A stretch of DNA of 32,000 nt from the NCBI RefSeq assembly GCF_000195855.1, contig NC_002677.1, positions 2,850,001 to 2,882,000 on the forward strand. Direction: 5' to 3'. Every line of letters begins with the position of its first letter. Within the stretch, counting starts at the first letter, position 1. The notes beneath the pieces are model-generated. The model made no database searches. It saw only the letters and a program-made list of their open reading frames with translations, and was not told where the DNA came from. Made by a program: the position numbers and the translations under genes. Source of the DNA: Mycobacterium leprae TN (lineage in GTDB: Bacteria; Actinomycetota; Actinomycetes; Mycobacteriales; Mycobacteriaceae). Of this stretch, positions 1 to 12,578 are shown one piece after another.

Positions 1-482
1 AGCCTGAGGCTGCGCACACAGCAGAGGCACAAGATGTCGACGATGTTTCCGCCCAGGTCCAGATTCGGATTGCTGCATTCATCTACGGCGTGCCGGTGCA
101 CGATATGGGTAGCCGGATTGGTGCAGCCCGCTTCCGATTGGCACGTGAGCTGATGCCAATCGAGGGAAGCAAGCGTGTCCGGGATCTTGTTACCAGGTAC
201 TTGGCTCATGTGACAAGCATTGTCTCGCCCGCACCAAGCTGCATCGGCGCGGAGCCGGTCGTGATTCCATAACCGATAACTGTGATGAGCACGATCTAAA
301 TCCTCACGGTAAGCAGTTCGGCAAGCGCACCAAGGCATGATAACTGCCACTTCTTCCTGCCGACCCGGCGGGCTCGCGCCGCCGAATAGCTTAATTTAGA
401 TTATCCTCCTATTGGGCATTGGGGGACAACACGAATCGGTCCGACTCGGCGGGTAAAGCGCCAAATCGCGACTAGAACAGGA

Positions 483-944
483 CTACGGCCAGTTCCACAC
501 CGACATGTCTCCGGCCTGGTACTGGTTGCAAACCTCGGTGGCTTTGGCGACAACGCCCTTGTTATTGAAGAAAATCTTCGCCCAGTTTCCCCAATGCGTG
601 GCCATCTGCTCGTAGTAGACGTTTGTAGCGGTGTCCTCGGAATACTGCCTACGGTCGGTGGGGCTCAAGGAATAGAACCAATGGATACGATTGACCGCGG
701 CCTGCTGGATGTCAGTCGGCTTGTTGTGCATATCGATCATGTACCGCTGGTAGTAGATCGGGCTGGTATCCCTGACGGCCGCCAAATACTGCTCTGCATC
801 ACAGGTGGTGGCGATTTGCCTGCGGGGGATCGGAAAATCCTCCGTGGAACCATCGGCAACGGCGGTCGTCGGAAATGCCACAGGAATGATACCGAAAACG
901 AGAAAAACAGCACCTTTACATAGGCTGGTGCTCAGCCGAGACAT
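483..944 (-). CDS. DUF5078-like secreted protein, Rv0455c family (linked in the literature to siderophore secretion)
   Basis: The supplied ORF 483..995(-) contains an internal start [32 protein letters not shown], a typical signal peptide. The mature part is ...[95 protein letters not shown], recognised as Rv0455c-like. Confidence 0.8.
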   Translation of the reverse strand: MSRLSTSLCKGAVFLVFGIIPVAFPTTAVADGSTEDFPIPRRQIATTCDAEQYLAAVRDTSPIYYQRYMIDMHNKPTDIQQAAVNRIHWFYSLSPTDRRQYSEDTATNVYYEQMATHWGNWAKIFFNNKGVVAKATEVCNQYQAGDMSVWNWP

Positions 945-1009
945 GGTGATTAACCGTAACCCTTTCGGGGTTTTGAAGTAGTGCTTCGACAGCAAGTTAC
1001 TAGTCTAGG

Positions 1010-1944
1010 CTTACGAGCCAGCAGGAACAATAGACATGTTGAGGGGTCCGGCCGTAGTTTGGGTACGGCTTGGCTGTAATTGTCGAACGGGCCGTCTCGG
1101 CGTGCGATCACGATCCGTACCCCTTGGGTTTCGGTGGCGCGGATCAAGTCGAGCGCGTCGGGATGTTGCGCGTCAGGCCATCCAGAATGCCACCTAGCAT
1201 CTGGGTAGACGCTAGGTTCATGTATCTCGCAAGCGGCCTGATTAACGATCAGGCTTAGTGCCCACAACTGCGACAATGAGGATGCGTACCAGCTCGGCAG
1301 CAATCTCGGTGACACAAGCTTAGAGGCATTCGAACGGCACCTATTCGTTTATCAGCTTGACTTCAGCTTCCTGGACACCGGTCAACGGCCGGCCAGTAAG
1401 CGGGTGCCACTTGACATTGGCAAGGCCGAGCAAGCATATTTATGCTTTCAATTAGATAAGCTCTATATCCGATTATATGGGTGCCGATCATCGCGTTGTT
1501 GTCGGTAATGGCGATGTCAGTGCATTTGCGTAGTTGCTGAAAATCAGCGACGCATCAGTTTTGCGCCTAGCGATCATCGGCTTAGAGGCTAGTTAAATGG
1601 CCATGAACCTCTCTATAGGCCGAATCTCACGAGCGGTAACTCTAGCGAACTCTTTGCCTGGATACCATTGCCTGTAGGTCATCAGGCCATCGCCCCCGTT
1701 GCTGAAACCCGCCGCCAAAATTATAGCCGTCAGAAAAGGACTGGCTGGCGCCACGCAACACTATAGACTTTGATACCGTGGTCTCGCTCAGCCAGCCTGC
1801 CGATCGTCTCGATCTTGTCGAGAATAGGTGGGACGTTAATATAGTATTAAGGTGCTCTGAGCTATCCAATGTGATGGTGGCGACCGGACCGGTGGCCGCA
1901 TAATGCAGGCTATCAAAATTGACCCCGGATTGGGTTCTAGTCAT
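1010..1944 (-). pseudogene. echA2: Degraded enoyl-CoA hydratase/crotonase (echA2/Rv0456c-like)
   Basis: N-terminal frame 1642..1944(-) reads YAATGPVATITLDSSEHLNTI...IVLRGASQSFSDGYNFGGGFQQRGRW. A middle remnant reads NVKWHPLTGRPLTG. The C-terminal frame 950..1315(-) reads LSLIVNQA...DALDLIRATETQGVRIVIARRDGPFDNYSQAVPKLRPDPS. The pieces are in different frames with stops. Boundaries approximate. Confidence 0.8.
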
Positions 1945-2029
1945 AGCAGCAGCGAAGTAAGTCGGGACCCTTGCCGCGATATGCTGCGCGAGTCAGCCCC
2001 TAGCCTGCGGTACAGGAATGCGTAACTGA

Positions 2030-4040
2030 GCGCCCCCAACACTAACTGCTCGTTGTCGGCCCCACATGAGTGCCCGCCCTCGCTGTTTTCGTAGTACCAG
2101 ACCCGGCTGCCTAAAGGGTCGCGGTCATCTTGCGGGAATGGCCAGTATGCACCCGGCCGCCGCGGTGAACAGCACCGGCGGATACTGCCAAGTCACCGAA
2201 ATGCTCTAATAAAACAAAGATTAAACGATGAACTCCCAGTCGTGGAGGTTGTCCGGCTTGCCATGGCAGGCCATCCAGGAAGCGCCGTTCAACAGTCGAT
2301 GGTAGCAGCGCATGTCCAGCTGACATATCACAGACCAGTATGCCGAACTTTTCTGGATATTTGGTCCGCATGACGCCCATCAGTAACCTGCCGTTGCTGC
2401 CGCCGCGTGAGCCGAACTGCTCGACGCCTGTCATGCCGCAGTTCACCAAATCTTTTGCTACCGAAACGAAATCCTCGGCAACCTTGTGTAAGCCATCGAG
2501 CGTCTCCCGCGTGTTCCAGCCAGGCCTATATTCACCGTCGCCGCGTATTAGTGACTAGCATATAAGTACCCTCGTGGTCCAGCCACGGCTGATCCAGCAC
2601 TCCCATATCCTTATGTGCTGGATGACCTTACAAACCCACCATAACCGTTGAACAGTGTCAGCCACGGCTGTTTTTGGTGTCTCCGGGTCGAACCACTAGG
2701 TACAGAATCAACTTGCCATTCTGTTGATAGCACAAAACATTTGGCCACGATGGTGTTTTCAGCATCTAAGAAAGCTGGTGTCAAATTGATTTGATCTAGT
2801 TGTCCATTTGGTCGCGCCCCGCAGCAATCGAGAGGGTGTGTCGAATCCGCTGGAGTCGAGAAAGAACCCGTCGCCGTGCTCGTACGCGGCGACGATGACG
2901 GTGGAGTACGGTGTTGGCGGTGACCGGGATGCCTGCCAATGGTTCGCGTTGCGAGCTATCTGGTGTAGCGATCTAGACGCAGCTGGCCACATCGGCGGGC
3001 GTTGACGATCAACAGCTGGTCATGGATCCACATAGAGTATGTTTAGCGAGGTGTGCTCGTAGAGCTCGAACACCACGCGCAGTTTTGCTGTGTCGTCGAG
3101 GAATTCGTCATAGTTAGCGGACAACAGCAAGACCGTGGGGTAAGTGTTAGTGCCGAAAATCCAATCAGTGCGCAGCGCAATCAACAGCCAATTGCGATAG
3201 ATCGACGCGCTCGCATCGGTGGGCTTGTCGATGCTAAGCAGCTCCGAGCCGCGAAGTTCGTAGAGCTTCTAATTCCATAAAGCTAGCGCTCGCCCCATGA
3301 AGGTGCATGCGAAGCCTAGCGTTCGATCGACGGACGCAAAGATCGGGACATCGGAGCTTACCATCCTCAAAAGAGGTCTTTGCATCGGCCAATGGCGTGT
3401 TTAGACACCATCGCTTGATCGGTCGCGTATAGCCGAACTCGGTAAGTGAGTCAGCGCCAAAGCCGTTGCCCACCAACACGTTATCTTGGAGGTCGTCCCA
3501 AATTACATCTGATTTAGCCCTCCGGTAATTCTAACACGTGAACTACGGATTCGCTTGTCAACATGTTAAATTCACACATGAGCGATGCATCACGCCACCT
3601 CGAGAGAGGCTGATCGGCGTCCGCGTGTGGTCAGGTATGATGACGCAAGTAGCCAGCCCACACCCATTTCTCGTTGTCAATTCGCCCTAGTTCATCGATA
3701 TCGATAAGCACGTCCCACTCGGGGGAATCGTTACGGTAACGTTTGAGTGTGGTGCGCCGTCACAGCCGGCGGGGGTTGGTGGCATCGCGCCAGAAGTTGT
3801 AATAGGTACTCACCACGACGATTCATGTACAGGATCCAGATATCGGTGTCGAGCACCTAGGTGTGCATCCGCTCGAACTCCGCATCGCACAAATCAGCCA
3901 GTGTCGGTTCGTTGCGCGCGCACCCAATCCAGCGCCTTCACACTGGTGATCTCTCTGAACCACAGATACGGGTAGTGGGATGCGGATGTCCGAGCGACTT
4001 CCGATGTCAGGGAAGACACGGTGGCGTCGACGGTAATATG
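2030..4040 (-). pseudogene. Degraded prolyl oligopeptidase-family peptidase (Rv0457c-like)
   Basis: ORF 2111..2449(-) has GSRGGSNGRLLMGVMRTKYPEKFGILVCD (serine hydrolase nucleophile region) and ends with ...RVHTGHSRKMTATL. ORF 3894..4202(-) ends with the N-terminal-type motif HYPYLWFREITSVKALDWVRAQR. Pieces lie in multiple frames with stops between. Boundaries approximate. Confidence 0.7.
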
Positions 4041-4299
4041 CATTGCATTACATCTCTGTGTATTAGAATATTTGGTACTGTAAGTAAACGAGGGACCAAA
4101 CTGAGGATTATTTTTCCCACGTCCGGACTCCGCTGGGGCACCGATGTCGTATGAATCCCGGTACGATAATTTTATGGGGCCAAGTGGGTGACCGTCCACC
4201 AAGGCCAGTTATGTCGAGAATCCGACGTCGGTGACCGGACAGACGTTTTGCTAGGTAGCCCAATCTGACGAGGCTGGCATCAAAAAGGAGCTCTGCGCT

Positions 4300-5435
4300 G
4301 TGCCCGGTCTGGAGTACGATCGCCCCTGCCGAGTGGAAAACGATCCTTAACAAGATCACCAATTGTATTGGCTAATACATAGCCGCGTTAGCAATAACCG
4401 AATCTTGGGATAACAGCAACCCGATCCTGGAAGTGCTGGCCACCGACATCACGCTTGCGGCAGAACATTTCCGGTATTTCACCGACGCGATCTGCGCCCA
4501 GGAAGTTTCGCTGTCTTAAATCGACGAGGACACTGTCACCTATCATTTACGTGATCCGCTCAGCATGGTGGGGAAGATCATTCCGTGGAACTTCACCATA
4601 CCAATGGGCGCCTGGAAACTAGCGCCAGGCAATGCGGTAGTGCTCAAACCGGCTGAACAAACACCTATGCCAGTGCAGGTGTCCCGGGCAGCCTGGAACT
4701 CGACGGCCAGAGCCCCAATAACCTTCTTCTCCGACATGACGGTCGTCAACGACAACTTCCAAGACAAGGCGCCGAAGGATTCACCGTGTTAGCCATCAAC
4801 CAGAGTGTGCACCGGGCCATCGCCCAGCCTGATTCCAGACCGATATCTATGACGAGTTTTGAAACTGGCGGCGATCCAAACCAAAGCAGTCCAGGTCAAT
4901 TCGTTGGACACCGAGGCGATGCTGGATTCTCAGGCTTCCAACGATCAGCTAGAGAAGGTGTTGTCTTACATACAATAGAGATCGACAAAGACGAGAGCGT
5001 CCCACCCGGATCACCGGTGGTGAGCGGGCCGATCTGGGCAAGAACCTGGCCTGCGGGTTTTATGTATACTCGGCGATCATTGCCGGCAACGCCAAGATAA
5101 AGATCTTCCAGGAGGAATTCTTCGGGGCGATGATCGCGATGTCACCGTTCACCGATGGCGACTTTATATAGTATCGACAACGACACCCCTTACAGTCTTG
5201 GTGTTGGGATGTGGAGCCGCGATTGCAATATCGCCTACCGGGGCCCAGCCGGGACACTCAAGCCAGCGAAATGTGGATCAACTGCTATAAACCCTATCAC
5301 GCCCACGCGGCCTTCGACGGCTACAAGCCAGGCAGGTTTCGCCCGCGAGACCCAAAATATGATGCTCGACCATATACCGACAGACAAAGAATCTGTTTAG
5401 TGTCCTAATTCGGACAAGGCGCTGGTATTTTTCTG
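4300..5435 (+). pseudogene. Degraded NAD-dependent aldehyde dehydrogenase (Rv0458-like)
   Basis: Forward-frame fragments: [71 protein letters not shown]-like, DNDTPYSLGVGMWSRD, NCYKPYHAHAAFDGYK, PKYDARPYTD. Frameshifts and internal deletions join them. Confidence 0.85.
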
Positions 5436-5448
5436 ATGGTTGCGCCCC

Positions 5449-5474
5449 AAACCACCCCGCCGGCGGGGTGGTTT
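5449..5474. terminator. 26-bp perfect palindrome (aaaccaccccgcc|ggcggggtggttt), candidate hairpin at the end of the aldehyde dehydrogenase remnant
   Basis: Direct reading: the arms are exact reverse complements with no spacer. There is no strong poly-T tail. Confidence 0.5.
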
Positions 5475-5489
5475 CCCTGCAAGACCAGC

Positions 5490-5760
5490 ACGGAATAGTG
5501 CTGTTCCACCAGTCCGGAGGCTGCTTCGGTAGGTCATCGCCGATGGGCTACCCACGTGCAGACTTCGTTATCGGCAACCGTGACGTCTTGCTCAACGTGC
5601 TCGATGTCGGCCAAGGGATCCCAGTGTAGATTTTAACCGCAGTACCAGGCCGACTACCAAGGAGACAAACGCACCTAGCTGGTCCTCAATGTGGTTCTGT
5701 GCTGCGGCTGTGGGTTCAGTCTGGAAACAGCGAAAAGCGTGCGGTTCCTCAGTCGCGGTC
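5490..5760 (+). pseudogene. Degraded DUF779-like protein (Rv0459-like)
   Basis: Forward translation fragments VLFHQSGGCFG(R)SSPMGYPRADFVIGNRDVLLNVLDVGQGIPV resemble the DUF779 motif FHQSGGCCDGSSPMC...DFxxGxxDVLLG. Frame breaks follow. Confidence 0.6.
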
Positions 5761-6880
5761 GGGCTTGCACCGGCGCGAAGAAGGCGCCATTGCAGGCACA
5801 CACCGATCACCACTGGCAACGCCTACGCGGGAGGCGAACGGGCCACCTTAGCGCGGTCAGGTGGTGAACTTGGAGCACGCGGCCGGGCCCGTGATCGCTC
5901 CGCACCGGTCATTGGTAACCGCAGTATGATCGCCACCGTTGTACCGCGCGCCCCTGGCTGGCCAGCGCGCTGCTGATCGGAAGCACGGTCGAGCTGCTGA
6001 CTGGAGTGGCGTGCACCGTGTTGGTTCATCAGAGGATCCGGCCCGACGTCGTCATTGCCCTTGGGTTCGGTATTCCCAGTGTGACTGGTACAGGACGCTT
6101 AATTCTGTTTTCCGGGTGTCGATGGGTAGCGATTCTAGGCTCATTTTCATCCTCGCGGTGGCGCCAGGTTGTTTAGGTGCGCTCGCCGCTATCGAAATTA
6201 CGTCTCGTGGCTGACGAAGACATCGACCCAGATCGCAAACCCAGCACGGGAACTTAACCGTTCGTCCCTGATGTCAACATCGACAAGGAGTCAGTCCTGT
6301 TCAAGCTTGATTTTGATGGCATTGACTCGCAGCAGCCGCCACTCATACACCGGGCCGGAGAAATCTGACCTGGCAGTGGCTAGCGAGACGAGAATTTAGC
6401 AGCCGAGTTGGCTGCCGTACCGGTTGCAGTAGCCGGTCGTTACCAGTTATCTGAAGTGGTGGAAGTTGGTTACGGCGATCCTCGATGTATTAATCGCCGT
6501 CGCGGAGATCGGGCTCACCCTGATTTTATTGTATGGTATCACTCGATTGACACGACAGCGCCGCTATTTATGGTTTATGGTGCTAGTCTATGTCGTCGGA
6601 CGCACCCTGGCAGGCGTGATGCTAGTCCCTGGAAAGTGAGCTTATCACGACGTTTGGCACTTGCGGTGCTGTCAGGCCCCTTTTTGCCTTCGTCGCCGCG
6701 GAGACCCCTCATTTATGAAATCTATGAACTAACTACTAAACATATTTAGTACGAACGGGTCGCTCACTGTCTGGTTTGGTGTCGTTCCTACTGACGCCCA
6801 GCGGATCTCGGTTCGCACGTTCAAGTACGCGCGTGACCCGTTCAGAGGTCACCGCGTAGCCGGCCACTAGTGTAGCTGTC

Positions 6881-8284
<1,404 letters not shown>

Positions 8285-8301
8285 GCATTCAGTAACGGCT
8301 T

Positions 8302-8607
8302 GTGGCGGCTGGAGACAACCGATTGATTGGCAACGACACCCCCGAGATCGCAGTGGGAGCCATCGGCGGGGTGGCCACCGGCTACGTACTCTGGCTTGTG
8401 GTCATGTCGATCGGATATAACATCACGACAGTCAGTCAGTGGAGCCTGATCGTGTTGATCCTGTCGATGGTGTCGGTATTCTGCTCCGGGATGTGCGGAT
8501 GGTGGTTACGTCAGCGCCGTAAGCATGCCTGGGGGGCGTTCACTTTCGGTCTACCGGTATTTCCGGTGGTCCTGACATTGGCAGTGTTGGCCAAAATTTA
8601 CCTGTAA
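8302..8607 (+). CDS. Small conserved membrane protein (Rv0463-like)
   Basis: 101-aa ORF immediately downstream of lpd with a GTG start and three hydrophobic segments (AIGGVATGYVLWLVVMSI, WSLIVLILSMVSVFCSGMCGWWL, FTFGLPVFPVVLTLAVLAKIYL). Confidence 0.75.
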   Translation: MAAGDNRLIGNDTPEIAVGAIGGVATGYVLWLVVMSIGYNITTVSQWSLIVLILSMVSVFCSGMCGWWLRQRRKHAWGAFTFGLPVFPVVLTLAVLAKIYL

Positions 8608-8653
8608 GGGTTGGATTCTTAGTTGTTGGAAGTTGTCACCGGTGACTACCGCA

Positions 8654-9575
8654 AATTGTACTTTGTGTTCTGTTGTGGGGGTGGAGTAAAGGGTGGTGGG
8701 TCAGTGTATTGGCGGGTCGGTGCGTCAGGTCGCAAAGGTCGGTATCGATGCCGTGGTGATGCGGGTATGAGAGTCGTTTCGAGGTCTTGGTCTCACGCTG
8801 GGGTTGTACAGCGATTCTGTGGTAGGGCGTTGTCTTGTGGTTGATCATGGCCGCAGTGATCACATCAGTGCTGTGGTCCTTGGATAGGTGTAGCAGCTGC
8901 ACGAATCCGCTACTTGTGTTCGGCCAGGGCGCCGATTTGGGGGTCTAATTTTTGCCGATGATTACATCATCCGCCCAATGCTATGAGGTTAGAGCACCAC
9001 ACGGTCGTGTAGTTTTCGCGGGACGTGCACTGGTGGTGGCCATACCTAGAGAATAATGGTGGTGCCCGGTTTTAGCGTGCTGTGCCCTCAGCGTGCGGAA
9101 CATCCACCCAGTGCGCACATGTTGGTTGAGCTTGGACTCGATGTTGAAGTGTTTTATAGGACACCTGCATCTTTCGGGCCGGTCGGGATAGGTTTTGGGC
9201 CAACACCCCCACAATTTGTTCGGGACTGTACTTCTTGGCCAGCACACATGTCTATCTCCGTACGCAGCTGCCCACAACGCTCACCTTGCCGGCCTTTAAA
9301 GCCACTGGCCCACTGCTCACTGCATAGCTAAGCAATACAAGCTCAGTAACCCGATTGAGCGTCTTAGCCAGCATAGTTGGTGTCGAATCAGTGCAACCCC
9401 CAAAGCAACCCGCAAACACGCGGGCCCCACCCTTGCTGGTGATCTCACGCACGATCCCCACCCCCACCCAACCCAAACGAACGGTTAACGATCGATCACA
9501 TCAACTCACAACACTGCAACACACCGCCACCCTTTACTCCACCCCCACAACAGAACATGCACACAAAGTACAATT
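8654..9575 (+). repeat. Interspersed repeat copy 1 (size consistent with the REPLEP family) with extended terminal inverted repeats; the core shared with copy 2 is 8662..9532
   Basis: Core 8662..9532 (871 bp) is the reverse complement of 25314..26184; all embedded ORF translations are identical between copies. Left arm (8654-8667 and 8668-8696) and right arm (9562-9575 and 9527-9555) are perfect 14+29 bp inverted matches, with a 6-nt insertion CATGCA in the right arm. Confidence 0.85.
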
Positions 9576-9639
9576 CAACCCCGTCAATCCGAACGTGCGT
9601 GCCACCGAACACCAACACGCCTTAACGTCGAACTAGTTC

Positions 9640-11295
9640 ACGTAAGCCCGGATGCCGGTAGATCCGATACTCTAGTGACCGGTCGATCGCAGATTCATCC
9701 GTGGCATACGTGGGCCACAGCGGCACCGGCCACCCGGTTCCTACTGACGAGCAGCGTTGACGAGTTAGTGTCACCACTGACGACTATCGCTCCGTCCGAC
9801 GCGCGTCGGCCAATAGACCAATAAAGATGACTGCGATGGTTTATAGGCGATCGTAATCTGCAACGGGTCAGCAGTGCCTCAGTGATCGACGGCCCCTACG
9901 GCGTCAGCCATCCTGCGTATCGTCAGGCCACAGCTGTCAGCTTCTTGGCGTCGTCCACGGTGTCGGTGGTGTCCGAACCAGCGGTCAGGACGCGTCACGT
10001 GAGCAAAATGCCGCAACGCGGTGTCAAGCGGGTCAATCACCGTAGCCACCAGACTTTATCGGAAGTCAGCTGGTACAATTTGCCAGTACGTTAACCAACA
10101 TAGCATGGCCTTCATGGATCACCGCGCTGTCGCCGACCACCCAGCCCAGGCTGGCCCACCATCGTCGGCCATATGCAAGTTCGGCAACGCTGTAGCAGAG
10201 TCCCGCCCGGCTCGCTCTAATTAGAGTTTTTTACAATGGCACACTGATCTAGCTCAGGGCGGTTACCGCCAGGAAACGACAATCTTGTCATCGCGTCCGG
10301 GTTGTGCGCGGGTAAGCCGCGCAGCCAACAGCGCGGTCCGGTCCGTTACAGTCGTTGCGAATCCGGATCCCCATGCAGATACAGCACCGCCGCCCCATGT
10401 TCGGAGGGATCCGGTGACGGTGAAAACGTCCCAGGTCCAACGGCCGTCCTCGTCGTCTAGCACCTCGGTTAGATGCGCTGGCGTCCAGACATGGGTCGAG
10501 CCCTCACGACCGTCGGCGGCAGTATCCAGTAACGAAGTGAACATTCCCGCATCGGCCAGCTCGTCGAGCAACAAACGGGCGGTCGGCGCGGCGACCCGGC
10601 GAGTTAACCGGACTCCGGTGCTATGGACCCAAGGCGCATACGGGCACAACAATAGTACGTTTACGTCGTAATAACAACATCTTCCCGAGATGCAGTATCA
10701 CCCAAGCCCCAAGCGTCGTCAACGCCGCACCGGACAAACCCGCCGTCGAGTTGGTCGTAAACGCCGCACCGGGCCATCGCACTCCCAGCACGTGCAACCT
10801 CCTCCACCATCGCCGACGGCGAGAACTTGGGCGCTCCGTGGAAACCACCACGAGCAGTGTCCTGGTCGTGCAGCACGGTTGCCACGGCGTTAATCGCACA
10901 ATGTCGACGTCACCGCAGAACCACCACCGTGCGGCTCCAGGAGCGCACTGAGTGCCCCAGCCATCGAGCGCAACTCATCGGTCGATGTAGGGATGTGCTC
11001 GGATGCCTCCTCGACGCCGGCACGGAAGTCCTGCCAGGCGTCAGAAATAACCGAAAGAATTTGCAAGAAAGCGACTTTGGGATAGTAAGTGCCGCAAAAA
11101 AACGGTAGGCAGTAAGGCATCAGTGATGTGACACCAGTGATCGATTATGGCGTAGCCGGCGGACAACAGGATCGGCACATCACGCGCAGCCATACCCGCC
11201 AATACCCGTGACGTCCACTGCTGCCAATGCACCGGGTTTCCAGTATGCCGGCACAAATACGGACTGGTCATCAGACCCAGGATATTTGCCCGGGG
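9640..11295 (-). pseudogene. Degraded DUF255 / thioredoxin-domain protein (YyaL/SSP411-like, Rv1084-like)
   Basis: Minus-strand pieces in successive frames: MTSPYLCRHTGNPVHWQQW; GTYYPK...FLQILSVISDAWQ; GGFHGAPKFSPSA; YDQLDGGFVRCGVDD; ARLLLDELADAGMFTSLLDTAADGREGSTHVWTPAHLTEVLDDEDG; QPGRDDKIVVSW; VVGDSAVIHEGHAM; GSDTTDTVDDAKKL; GPSITEALLT; GAIVVSGDTNSSTLL. Multiple stops and frameshifts. Confidence 0.75.
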
Positions 11296-11299
11296 CGAA

Positions 11300-11527
11300 T
11301 CAGCCGGAGTCAGCGCCGGGTTCCGGTGGTAGCGAAGGTCCGTTGCGATCGGTGTCGGAGGGCTCTTCATCAAGATAGCCCCCCAGTTCGGTGCCTTCGT
11401 CGGCGGCCTGGTCCAGCTCGGGGTGTTCAGAGTCGAATGATGCGGGGATCTTTTTAAGCTGTCGATTCATTGACCACAATAGCAACAACGTGGCGACTAA
11501 CAGCAACACGATAACTAGCAGGCCCAT
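11300..11527 (-). CDS. Small membrane-anchored protein (Rv1083-like)
   Basis: The 75-aa C-terminal part of the supplied 167-aa ORF starts at ATG 11525-11527: MGLLVIVLLLVATLLLLWSMNRQLKKIPASFDSEHPELDQAADEGTELGG. One N-terminal TM helix, adjacent to mca. Confidence 0.65.
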   Translation of the reverse strand: MGLLVIVLLLVATLLLLWSMNRQLKKIPASFDSEHPELDQAADEGTELGGYLDEEPSDTDRNGPSLPPEPGADSG

Positions 11528-11601
11528 CGGGCTCGCCTTGCCAAAATCGGGCCCATGATACTGCAATTCACCATCAGCAATCAATGTGAGAAAGATATGG
11601 C

Positions 11602-12474
11602 TCACCCGGCCGCCTCGATTCCAGCGAACAAATCGTGCTCCGGCAACCGAGTGGGGACTCGCGAGCGGGCCAATTCGAATTCCTCGGTCGGCCATAGCCG
11701 CTGCTGCCAGGATATTGGCGCTGCGAAAAATTCGGCTTTGGGGTCGATCTGGGTAGCATGCGCCCGCAAAGCGTCGTCGCGCTGGCTGAAATACGCCGAG
11801 CACTCGACCCGAGTCGTCACCCGGGACTCAAACGGGTCGTGCGCGGGGTTCGATTGCGCGAGCCACTTGTCGAATGGGCCGGCTTGACCATGCTTAGCAA
11901 ATTCATCGTGCAGCAACTGCATCCGAGCCCGCAGGAAGCCGTGGTTGTAGTACAGCTTGGACACCGTCCACGGCTTGCCGGCGTCCGGAAAACGCCGATA
12001 GTCGCAGGCAGCCTCGTAGGCATCAACCGAGACCTGGTGGCAGCGAATGTGATCGGGATGCGGGTAGCCGCCATTCTCATCGTAAGTGGTCAGCACGTGC
12101 GGACGAAACTTGCGAACCACCCGCACCAACGCCTCGGTGCACACCTCCAGCGGCACCAGCGCAAAGCAATCGTCGGGCAACGGGGGCGGCGGGTCACCCT
12201 TGGGTAAGCCGGAATCGATGAAGCCCAGCCAAGTGTGCTCCACGCCGAGGATCTCGGCTGCCTTCGCCATCTCGTCGCGGCGAATTTCGGCAATATGTCC
12301 ATGTACATCAGGCAGGTCCATTGCCGGGTTAAGAATTTCGCCACGTTCACCGCCTGTCAACGTCACCACCAGCACCCGATGGCCCTCGTCGGCGTAACGT
12401 GCGAGAGTGGCAGCGCCCTTGCTGGATTCGTCGTCAGGGTGAGCGTGTACCGCCATCAAGCGCAGTTCGCTCAC
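11602..12474 (-). CDS. mca: Mycothiol S-conjugate amidase
   Basis: Intact 290-aa [56 protein letters not shown] and [15 protein letters not shown] are metal-binding LmbE/PIG-L family motifs typical of Mca. Confidence 0.95.
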   Translation of the reverse strand: MSELRLMAVHAHPDDESSKGAATLARYADEGHRVLVVTLTGGERGEILNPAMDLPDVHGHIAEIRRDEMAKAAEILGVEHTWLGFIDSGLPKGDPPPPLPDDCFALVPLEVCTEALVRVVRKFRPHVLTTYDENGGYPHPDHIRCHQVSVDAYEAACDYRRFPDAGKPWTVSKLYYNHGFLRARMQLLHDEFAKHGQAGPFDKWLAQSNPAHDPFESRVTTRVECSAYFSQRDDALRAHATQIDPKAEFFAAPISWQQRLWPTEEFELARSRVPTRLPEHDLFAGIEAAG

Positions 12475-12578
12475 AGGCCCCCTTGTCCGTTCGCCGGTCG
12501 ACTCCTGAGCCTATATATAATTCCACTGCTAGATCATTGCATCCTGTTGGCCAGGGTACGGCATCCGACAAGCCACTC

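Noticed and set aside
90-272. 60-aa plus-strand ORF at the left edge
   Set aside because: The upstream frame appears open, but I could not recognise any family, and the surrounding DNA looks pseudogenic.
8981-9331. Conserved 98-aa and 91-aa ORFs inside repeat copy 1, identical in copy 2, considered as transposase or element-encoded proteins
   Set aside because: Identity is explained by whole-repeat identity. The two frames overlap antisense, carry no transposase motif and are too short, so the element looks non-autonomous.
11555-12397. Several plus-strand ORFs (110, 149 and 103 aa) and minus-strand alternate frames
   Set aside because: All overlap mca, which has full family motifs in its own frame.
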